From IMG/VR virus record IMGVR_UViG_3300042937_000239: a stretch of DNA of 64,000 nt. One strand, given 5' to 3'. Source of the stretch: an uncultured virus (IMG/VR IMGVR_UViG_3300042937_000239). Lineage: Duplodnaviria > Heunggongvirae > Uroviricota > Caudoviricetes. Positions 38,419 to 46,574 of this stretch are shown piece by piece. The notes beneath the pieces were generated by a model. It did no database searches and was not told where the DNA came from. It saw only the letters and a list, made by a program, of their open reading frames with translations. The translations under genes were made by a program, and so were the position numbers. Within the stretch, counting starts at the first letter, position 1. Each line of letters starts with the position of its first letter.

Positions 38419-40014
38419 ATGACAGGCACCGTTAAAACAGTAGCAGATCCTTGTCAGACATACATTCATTTTATATCTTCGTGGGCTAAAAGTCGTGCTG
38501 TTTGTAATGGTGAACGCGCAGTCAAAGAATTAGATGGACATTTAGATTTGATTCGGATGTCTAATCTTTTAATACCCTTTTCTCCTTCAATGAGTAGTGC
38601 GCAATACGATTTCTATAAAGCAGAAGCAGAGCTGCCTGGCATTACTGCACAATTTGCAAAAATGTTAGTAGGCGGTATGTTAAGAAAACCACCTATTGTA
38701 GAGTTACCAGAAAATGCTCCAGAAGATGCATTAGATTGGATAACAAATAACATAGGCAGAGATGACTCTACTTTAGTGGCTTTCTTAGATGATATTTTGT
38801 GGGAAGAAGTACAAACGTCACGTGCTTGGGTTTTCATTGATTATCCCCGTGTTTCTAATTCAGATCTTCTTGATAAAGAAACCAAAGAGCAAATAAAGCC
38901 TTACCCTATTTTACAGAAAGCTGAAACAATTATAAATTGGTCTACACGTACAAATATGTTTGGCAAAACAGTATTAAACAGGGTTATTGTAAAAGGATAT
39001 ATGGATGACTATACTACAAATGAATTCCATGCAATTCGGGTACCTGCAGTTTGGGTGCATGAGCTAGATGAGAGTGATGAGTATAGAATTCGTATTTATC
39101 AAGGCACAATTGCAGATAATGGTGATCAAACCTTAAAGCCAGGTGACGCTGCAAACAAGAATGACAGGTTGCTTCCAGCAGGAGGATTTCAGCTTATAGA
39201 AGTAATTGATAATATTTTGGCAAATGGCGAAAAACTAAATCACATACCTGCGTGGCCTTTAAATGGAAACATTACACCAGTTACTCCATTGCTTTCTCCA
39301 ATCGTTGATAAAGAAATTAGCTTATATAATAAAATTAGTAGAAGGAATCATCTATTGTATGGTGCTTCTACCTACACTCCTGTTATTGCTTCTGATATGC
39401 CTGATGAAGAGTTTGATGATATTGTACAAGCAGGCTTAGGCTCTTGGATACGGTTAAGACAAGGCGATACTGCAACTGTACTAGAAACACCTACAGCCGC
39501 ACTATCCGACATGCAAGCTGCAATTTTATCTACAATGGATGAAATGGCTAAGCTTGGCATTAGAATGCTAACAACAGAAAATGAACAATCTGGTATTGCA
39601 TTAGAATTGCGTAATGCATCTCAGACAGCACAGCTTGCTGTTCTTAGTACCAAAATATCTAATACAATGAAACAAGCAATATGTTTAATGCTAAACTGGC
39701 GGTATAATATAGACTGCAAGGCTTGTGATATCAAGTTTGAACTATCTGCAGACTTTGATCCAGTACCATTAGGTGCTGAGTGGTTAAACTTAATTACACA
39801 ATGGTATCAATCAGGCTTGTTGCCTAGACCAGTGTGGTTACAAATGCTTAAAGCAAATGATATACTTAATGCTGAGTATGATGATGAAGAAGCTATGGGA
39901 CAAATTAATCAAGATGAGCTGATTATCCCAGCCTCTACAAAATACAATGATCAATATTCAATGCAATTAGAAGCTGCTAAACAGGGGCAGAAAGCTAAAC
40001 CAATTAAAGAATAG
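38419..40014 (+). CDS. portal protein (DUF4055-like)
   Basis: 531 aa; directly upstream of the MuF gene; overall pattern matches siphovirus DUF4055-type portals. Confidence 0.75.
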   Translation: MTGTVKTVADPCQTYIHFISSWAKSRAVCNGERAVKELDGHLDLIRMSNLLIPFSPSMSSAQYDFYKAEAELPGITAQFAKMLVGGMLRKPPIVELPENAPEDALDWITNNIGRDDSTLVAFLDDILWEEVQTSRAWVFIDYPRVSNSDLLDKETKEQIKPYPILQKAETIINWSTRTNMFGKTVLNRVIVKGYMDDYTTNEFHAIRVPAVWVHELDESDEYRIRIYQGTIADNGDQTLKPGDAANKNDRLLPAGGFQLIEVIDNILANGEKLNHIPAWPLNGNITPVTPLLSPIVDKEISLYNKISRRNHLLYGASTYTPVIASDMPDEEFDDIVQAGLGSWIRLRQGDTATVLETPTAALSDMQAAILSTMDEMAKLGIRMLTTENEQSGIALELRNASQTAQLAVLSTKISNTMKQAICLMLNWRYNIDCKACDIKFELSADFDPVPLGAEWLNLITQWYQSGLLPRPVWLQMLKANDILNAEYDDEEAMGQINQDELIIPASTKYNDQYSMQLEAAKQGQKAKPIKE

Positions 40015-40025
40015 AGGTATTTACC

Positions 40026-43000
40026 GTGGCCATTAATGCTAATACACAAATTTATGATAAAACACTAGATCGCGCAGCAATGCTACGACTACATGAGAGA
40101 AGGGTAGTTGGTAAGGTTGATGTAATCATTGATGGCCATATCCTTCGTCTGGACAAATTAATAAAAGCTTTTGAGGGTATGAATCCTTTTAAAGCTGCAT
40201 TAGATAAAGAGTTGCATAGAACGTATTCACAAATTAACAACTCAGTAGAGAAGGATTTACTGTCTTTGACTACAGATCAACTCTCTTTTGCTTACCAAAA
40301 AGTAGAAGTAGCAATGGGGCATATATGGCGTACTGAACGGCCTAAAGTTCGTGTTGCTGAAGAAATTGCGCTTGCTAATCCGCTCTATAAAAATCAAACA
40401 ATGGAACAAGGGTGGCAAGGTATTTCTAAAAATGAGAAGATTAGAATTGAAGCTGTAATTCGAAAAGGAATTGCAGATGGTAATACTATTGATGAAATAG
40501 CATTAGCAGTACGTACAGGAAATGTTCACAATATAACTAGAAACCAAGCAAAAGGCTTAGTCATTACTGCAGTTACTTCTGTAACAAATCAGGCTGACCA
40601 CGCAATATATAAAGCTAATGCAAAAGCACTATTAGGTTGGGAATACGTTGCGGTACTTGATGCTCGTACTACACCTTTGTGTGCAGGAAGAGATGGCCAT
40701 ATTTATGAGATAGGAGATGTTGTACACTTGCCTCCAGCTCATTGGCATTGCCGTTCTACAACAACACCTGTATTTAAATCATGGGATGATATTTCTAAAT
40801 TAGAAAGTGTTGCTCAAATACGTAAGCGAAACTTAGCAGGACTTACGGATAAACAAAAGGCTTTCTATGATGGCAATACTCCACTAAAAGAAAGCTATAA
40901 CGACTGGCTGCTAAGACAACCACAAGATGTTCAACTAAGACACTTAGGTGATTATAAGAAAGTAGGTATGTTTAATTCTCAACAACTTACTTTAGACAAA
41001 TTTACTAATGATGAAGGCAATACAATAGGTATCAAAGAGTTACGTAAGATGACAGATTCTACTTATGTACTTCCTAATGATACCCAGAAGTTTGCCAATG
41101 CTAAGGCTAAGTTAGATGCAATGCAATTGCCGATAATGACACCTGAAGATTTATTTGATAATAAAGAATTAGTAAAAACATTAAGAGATTATTATTTATT
41201 ACAAGCTGGAGAATTAGATGGTACTCTATCACTCACAAACTATCGCGGTGCCCTCATACACACCAAGAAAGCTACCAAATCACGAGTGCTAAACAATCTC
41301 CCGACTGAAGATCAAACAGTCTTTAATCCAGTTACAGGCCGTTACGAAGACACAAGGCTATACCAGCCTAACGTACAAGTACTAAATAATAACCTTAGAC
41401 TATTACGCGAAAGTCCAACATTAAAACAGGCAGATAAGGATTTTATCGAAAATTTTGTTGGTAGCCTTGATGAAAAGATGGGTGCAAATGAGAGAGCTGT
41501 AGTAGCAGATAATCTCCGTATTATCTTTACTAGGTTTAGAAATAATGGCGAGCAGTGGAATAATTTTAAAGCTGTTGTTCAGGGCCAAATTAAGTTTGAT
41601 GTAATGAATGTATCTGATTCATTAGAAACACAACTACGTGCTGATATTGATGTACTTAAAAAGCTTAAGCAAGATAATTACATTGATCCTATCTTAGGCC
41701 CTACTCAGTTACAAGACTTGCATGATAACTTTATCAGCAATATACGTGCTAAGAATAACTGGGAAGATTCCACTGCGCCTAAAATAGCCAGAGAATTGCG
41801 CAATACCTTTGACTATAAAATACCGCTTAAACTTAAGTTGTTGCCAAATGGTAAGCCACGTATCAGCGAAGAAGCTTTAACACAATTTTATTTGAAATTT
41901 GCTCATAGGCTGAGTCTTGCTGATATGCCTGATAGAGATCAATTTGCTGTAGCACTTGGCAGAGATTTATACAATCTTGCCAATTTAAATGGTAATAGAC
42001 GTGAATGGTACAGCACAGGTATGGCATTATTAGAAGCAAAGAATGTAAAGAAATTCTTCGAAGTAGAAACCTTTGGTGTACAAAAACGAAGAATGAAAAG
42101 TAGATTGAGTAACAGTTTGTTTGGGCCTTATTATGACACTCTGTCATATAACATACGTGTGACTGATCCTCGTGTACAAGAGTATGCACAGCTCACAAGG
42201 AAAGTGGATGTCGGCCTGCGTGTTGGCGTTACAACGGATAAGAACAAGTTAATATTCCGCGAGGGCTATAAGACTTATTTTATTGACAGAGGTCTCCTAG
42301 GTTTAGAAGATACACGTATACCTATTACATCTACAAATAGTTTTGGTGATTTTCCTGAGAAGTTTGTTGATAAGAATTTGGCAGATGCTTTAAACTGGGC
42401 ATCTAAGTCTAAATACAAAATTGACGAAGACTTCTATGATTTCACTCAGAAATTATTGTACTTCGAAGACGACAGAGGTAATGCCAAAAAGTACAACGAA
42501 TTGAATGAATACAAACATTACATATCTTCAAGAGGAGATGCTTATGAAAGATTCAAATCAATGGAATGGCTACGGACTCGAAAATATTCTTTTAGTAACC
42601 ATGCTTTTGTTGACCATCGTGCTCGTATATATGATCGCGGACTCATTAGTCCTCAGTCAGGAGAATCCTTCAGACCGTTCCTTAATACAGAACAATCAAA
42701 AGTGCTTGGTGAGGCTGGATACAGAAACTTTAGAGACCAAATAGGTGCATTCATGGGCGGTCTTAACGATACCTTTGAAGGACGATATAATTCATTATCC
42801 TTTACTGGTAGGCAAAAGATTGCTGATAAGCTATGGCCTGATATGGTAGAGATTGGTAATAAGATGTTACGTGCAAAGCCTGCTGACATTCGCGCTATAT
42901 TAGAATCAGAAATGGTACAATTAGTAGATGGCGAAGAGCTAGGCAAGTTCTTTAGGTTTGCTATGGAGTCAGCTAAGATAGATAATTATCTAAATGAAAA

Positions 43001-44960
43001 ACCACTAGCTGTTATTGTAAAAGGTAACCCTAAGTTTATAAAAGGTAATCCGTTAGCTGATAAGTTTTATAACGACATAAAAGCTAAGTTAGAAAATAAC
43101 GGTTATCGAGTTGAATTTGACATTGGCGCAGATTTTACTGAACCTGATCAAAATGCAGCATTAGTAGTTGGGCATTCGAGAGGTGTAGATAGATTGAAAT
43201 ATGCAGCTAAAACATCTAAAACATTTGAAATAAAAACTAAATCAGATGTTGGAAGTAGTCCTTTGCATTACACTTTGTCTGAGTCAGATTTGAAAAATTT
43301 AGCTTCAACTAATAGAATGAACTCCTATAAAACTGCATTAGCGCTTGAACAAGATGCTTCATCTTCTGGTGCTCAAATTATTGCATTAACAACAAAGAAC
43401 AAACAGTTAGCTGAATTATCTAATGTTGTACCTACAAATCAAAAGCGTAGGCTATATGATGAAATTGCTGCTGCCACTTATAATGATCCTCGTTTTAAAG
43501 TATTAAACGAGAAGTTAGGGTTAAATGAAAAAGATTTACGAAAAGCTGCGAAAGCTCAGAACATGGTTACGTTTTATGGTGCTGGTGAACGAACTGGCAT
43601 CCTTAATGTGGAAGGTAAATTATCAAAAGTCTTGGACAAGCAGGGTAACACGTTGGTCGTTAAAGCGTCTGATCGTGATAAGGTACTTAATGAGATTTCT
43701 GCAAGAGCAGCAAGATACGAACGTTTCGATCCTGAAACAGCTGAACAGCTCAAACAGCTCAGAGCAAATGTACGCGATATCTTTAATAAAGGCCAAGATC
43801 CTGGGGACGATATTATGGAAGCGCTCTACTTCCTCGATCCAGAGACTAGGCAGTTAGTTGAAAAGATGTCTCATCAATATGATAGAGTTGTAACACCAGC
43901 AGACTTTGCTGCTATTGCAAAACTAATGTCTGAACATCTAAGTGAACAAGTGCCTATTTTAAAAGACTTTACTAAGTTCTTTGGTAGACTTGCCGAAGAT
44001 TTCTTAGTTAATTCTAAGCCTTCTGAAGCAGCTCTTGACTGGAAATCTATTGGCCGTACAGCTGCCCTAAGACCTTATCAGAGAGGTTATGTACTTCCTG
44101 ATCGTATTAGCGAGATATTAGGTTTAAAGGCAGGAGAAGCAGTAACTGAAAAGTTCTTAAAAAGGTTTAATGGCTGGAAACCAGACGGCTCTTTAGCTGA
44201 TATTATCTATGGTGTAAAAGGCCCTGATGATAGACGTACTGGCTTTAAAGTACTTAAAATTGAACCTGTAGATAAGATTGAAATATCTAAGGGTATAGAA
44301 ATCTTTTATGCTAACAAGCTTCCTAAGTCTTGGACAAATGTACCTTGGGTTAATTTTGATGGTAAAATCATTGAACAGAACTTTACTCAAACATTTGAAG
44401 AGAGATTGTCTTATAAAGACAGGGATGGTAATTGGGTAAACAATATCTTGCAAATACCTCAAAAGACAGAAGCAACTTGGTGGGAACAGTTTGTAAATGC
44501 TGATGGTAAGATTAACGATATAGCTGATGCAGGAAAGGCACGTACTGCTTTTGCCGTTAATGGTAACCATTCAAATGACGCTACATTGGTTAAGAACTTT
44601 CACCTATGGGGCAAACAAAATGGCATTGCAACTAGTACTATTCATGACGCGTTCTTTGCTAATGCTGCAGATATGCTAAATGCTCGTGATGGTATTCGTA
44701 AATTATACGCAAAAACATTGGATGCTAATCCAGTGTTAGCTACACTAAATGAGATGAAGGCTCGTGGATTGCCTAAAGAGCTTTATGATCAATACCTTCA
44801 AGAAGCCATAGACAAAGGACTAATACCTGTAGAAGGTGTTTCTATTGTTGGTGGTAAACGCTTGAAGAAATCTGATATCCTTACTAAAGAGGATATTTTA
44901 TCAACAATACCCGATCCTACTAAATTTGAAAATGATTGGGGTTTTTATGGAATTGGATAA
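40026..44960 (+). CDS. MuF/SPP1-gp7 head morphogenesis domain fused to a T7-like single-subunit RNA polymerase (candidate virion RNAP)
   Basis: MuF: WEYVAVLDARTTPLC...PPAHWHCRST; RNAP: VDHRARIY...PQ, EQDASSSGAQ, RKAAKAQNMVTFYG, NGNHSNDA, IHDAF. Confidence 0.9.
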   Translation: MAINANTQIYDKTLDRAAMLRLHERRVVGKVDVIIDGHILRLDKLIKAFEGMNPFKAALDKELHRTYSQINNSVEKDLLSLTTDQLSFAYQKVEVAMGHIWRTERPKVRVAEEIALANPLYKNQTMEQGWQGISKNEKIRIEAVIRKGIADGNTIDEIALAVRTGNVHNITRNQAKGLVITAVTSVTNQADHAIYKANAKALLGWEYVAVLDARTTPLCAGRDGHIYEIGDVVHLPPAHWHCRSTTTPVFKSWDDISKLESVAQIRKRNLAGLTDKQKAFYDGNTPLKESYNDWLLRQPQDVQLRHLGDYKKVGMFNSQQLTLDKFTNDEGNTIGIKELRKMTDSTYVLPNDTQKFANAKAKLDAMQLPIMTPEDLFDNKELVKTLRDYYLLQAGELDGTLSLTNYRGALIHTKKATKSRVLNNLPTEDQTVFNPVTGRYEDTRLYQPNVQVLNNNLRLLRESPTLKQADKDFIENFVGSLDEKMGANERAVVADNLRIIFTRFRNNGEQWNNFKAVVQGQIKFDVMNVSDSLETQLRADIDVLKKLKQDNYIDPILGPTQLQDLHDNFISNIRAKNNWEDSTAPKIARELRNTFDYKIPLKLKLLPNGKPRISEEALTQFYLKFAHRLSLADMPDRDQFAVALGRDLYNLANLNGNRREWYSTGMALLEAKNVKKFFEVETFGVQKRRMKSRLSNSLFGPYYDTLSYNIRVTDPRVQEYAQLTRKVDVGLRVGVTTDKNKLIFREGYKTYFIDRGLLGLEDTRIPITSTNSFGDFPEKFVDKNLADALNWASKSKYKIDEDFYDFTQKLLYFEDDRGNAKKYNELNEYKHYISSRGDAYERFKSMEWLRTRKYSFSNHAFVDHRARIYDRGLISPQSGESFRPFLNTEQSKVLGEAGYRNFRDQIGAFMGGLNDTFEGRYNSLSFTGRQKIADKLWPDMVEIGNKMLRAKPADIRAILESEMVQLVDGEELGKFFRFAMESAKIDNYLNEKPLAVIVKGNPKFIKGNPLADKFYNDIKAKLENNGYRVEFDIGADFTEPDQNAALVVGHSRGVDRLKYAAKTSKTFEIKTKSDVGSSPLHYTLSESDLKNLASTNRMNSYKTALALEQDASSSGAQIIALTTKNKQLAELSNVVPTNQKRRLYDEIAAATYNDPRFKVLNEKLGLNEKDLRKAAKAQNMVTFYGAGERTGILNVEGKLSKVLDKQGNTLVVKASDRDKVLNEISARAARYERFDPETAEQLKQLRANVRDIFNKGQDPGDDIMEALYFLDPETRQLVEKMSHQYDRVVTPADFAAIAKLMSEHLSEQVPILKDFTKFFGRLAEDFLVNSKPSEAALDWKSIGRTAALRPYQRGYVLPDRISEILGLKAGEAVTEKFLKRFNGWKPDGSLADIIYGVKGPDDRRTGFKVLKIEPVDKIEISKGIEIFYANKLPKSWTNVPWVNFDGKIIEQNFTQTFEERLSYKDRDGNWVNNILQIPQKTEATWWEQFVNADGKINDIADAGKARTAFAVNGNHSNDATLVKNFHLWGKQNGIATSTIHDAFFANAADMLNARDGIRKLYAKTLDANPVLATLNEMKARGLPKELYDQYLQEAIDKGLIPVEGVSIVGGKRLKKSDILTKEDILSTIPDPTKFENDWGFYGIG

Positions 44961-44962
44961 CA

Positions 44963-45334
44963 ATGAATATTGAACAAGAAATCGTAGCAAAAGGCTTAAC
45001 AGCACCACGTATTACACCTGCAGATATTGAAAGTAATATTAAGAGTGTACATTACTTTACAGCTTACGATGGTCGTTTAGGTGCAATTGCATCAAATACT
45101 TACGTAGCCCAAGAATCGCCTGAAGAAGATAATTTAGACTTAATCCCATTAGCCTTATTAACTTTTTGCGTAGTAGTATTACGTAACGGGTTTACTGTAA
45201 CAGGTGAATCTGCTTGTGCATCTCCTGAAAACTTTGACGCTGAGATTGGGCGTAAGGTTGCAAAAGAAAACGCTATTAGTAAAGTATGGCCTCTAATGGG
45301 CTATGAATTAAAATGCAAATTAACAGGCGGATAG
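44963..45334 (+). CDS. Phage_gp49_66 family protein (N4 gp49 / Sf6 gp66-like)
   Basis: APRITP..IE...LTFCVVVLRNGFTVTGESACASPENFDAEIG...W.LMGY. Confidence 0.85.
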   Translation: MNIEQEIVAKGLTAPRITPADIESNIKSVHYFTAYDGRLGAIASNTYVAQESPEEDNLDLIPLALLTFCVVVLRNGFTVTGESACASPENFDAEIGRKVAKENAISKVWPLMGYELKCKLTGG

Positions 45335-45335
45335 T

Positions 45336-45470
45336 ATGTCAGCTGAGATTAAAAAGTGTAACTGCAAACATGCAGCACAAGATAAGCTGTATGGCACTGG
45401 AATGCGTGTTATGAACGCAACCCAGAAGAAAGAATTTCGTTGTACTATATGTGGAGCAACACACAAATGA
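45336..45470 (+). CDS. 44-aa Zn-ribbon protein
   Basis: CNCKH..QD.LYG.GMRV.N...RCTICG; its stop overlaps the next ATG. Confidence 0.65.
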   Translation: MSAEIKKCNCKHAAQDKLYGTGMRVMNATQKKEFRCTICGATHK

Positions 45471-45685
45471 GATTTAGTCACGCATTAGATATGATTATTG
45501 CTGGTCAAAAGCTAGCACGTGAAGGCTGGAATGGAAAAGACATGTACGTTAAGTTAGTAAAAGCACATGATTTTGAATTTTCAGAACTATGCCCACACTT
45601 TGTCATTAAGAACGTTAGAAATTCTTTTGACACATGGGTACCGTCTGTAGCAGATTTGTTAGCAGATGATTGGGTACTAGTTTAG
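45467..45685 (+). CDS. DUF2829 / Tad2-like (Thoeris anti-defence sponge) protein
   Basis: F..AL.....G.K.AR.GWNGK.MYV...WVPS..DLLA.DW. Confidence 0.8.
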   Translation: MRFSHALDMIIAGQKLAREGWNGKDMYVKLVKAHDFEFSELCPHFVIKNVRNSFDTWVPSVADLLADDWVLV

Positions 45686-45703
45686 GTACACAAAAGGAGG
45701 CAG

Positions 45704-45721
45704 ACCCCGTTAAATTAACCC
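45704..45721 (+). promoter_or_regulatory. motif A copy 6
   Basis: Exact 18-mer, enclosed by the GGAGGCAG/CTGCCTCC inverted repeat. Confidence 0.75.
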
Positions 45722-45813
45722 TTCCCTGCCTCCCCCTATATTCATTATATATAGTATTATCTCTTATTATAATATCTATTATACTAAGTAATATACTATA
45801 TAATCATTATAGA

Positions 45814-45831
45814 ACCCCGTTAAATTAACCC
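45814..45831 (+). promoter_or_regulatory. motif A copy 7 (upstream of scaffold/capsid)
   Basis: Exact 18-mer. Confidence 0.75.
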
Positions 45832-45911
45832 TAAATATAAAATTTAGTGATTCCAACATTATAGATTGTATCTATAATATATAAAGAGTTGTACTCAAAG
45901 GAAATAAACAA

Positions 45912-46559
45912 ATGTCTACCGAAACTGATGAAACACAAACACAAGAAACTAATACTCCTGCTCCGGATAATATTACTCCCACTCCTCCTGTGGATGACGT
46001 GGACAGCAAGATCCAAGAAGCTCTTAAGCCAATCAAGACAAAACTTGACAGTGCGTACAAAGAGCGTGACGAGGCTTTAAGAAAAGCTGCAGAGTATGAA
46101 CAGAAAGAAAAAGAAGCTAATATAGCACGTCTACAAGAAGAAGGGAAACACAAAGAAGCCTTTGAACTTCAGTTAGCAGAGACCCAAGCTAAATTGGAAG
46201 CTGTAACAAAGCGTAACGTAGAGCTTGCTCGTGATGCAGAAATCAAAACTGTACTAGCAAACTATGCGCTTAGAAGTGACAAAGCTCGCGATATGGCCTA
46301 TATGGATATTGCCAGTCAACTTATTCAAAATGAGAATGGTGTCTGGGTTCACAAGAGTGGTGCCGATCTTAGAACGTTTGTAAAACAATTCTCTGAACAT
46401 GACGATAATTCTTTCTTGTTTAAAGCCAAACCATCATCAGGCGGCGGTACTACACCATCTGGAACAAATAATCTTCCTGATAACTCGCCTAAATCAATCT
46501 TTGCGATGTCTCAGGAAGAGGTACTCAAACTCGCGGCAGAAGGAAAGCTTCGCCGTTAA
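45912..46559 (+). CDS. capsid scaffolding protein
   Basis: Acidic N-terminus, coiled coil, F.AK.SSGGG linker; precedes the MCP. Confidence 0.8.
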   Translation: MSTETDETQTQETNTPAPDNITPTPPVDDVDSKIQEALKPIKTKLDSAYKERDEALRKAAEYEQKEKEANIARLQEEGKHKEAFELQLAETQAKLEAVTKRNVELARDAEIKTVLANYALRSDKARDMAYMDIASQLIQNENGVWVHKSGADLRTFVKQFSEHDDNSFLFKAKPSSGGGTTPSGTNNLPDNSPKSIFAMSQEEVLKLAAEGKLRR

Positions 46560-46574
46560 TATTAAGGAAATAAA

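Noticed and set aside
43000..43315. Intein in the fused RNAP
   Set aside because: No C/S-start plus HN-(C/S/T) splice junctions and no LAGLIDADG motifs
40026..44960. MuF polymorphic toxin with downstream immunity gene
   Set aside because: The C-terminal extension carries a full ordered RNAP motif set rather than a small toxin domain, and the downstream genes match other known families
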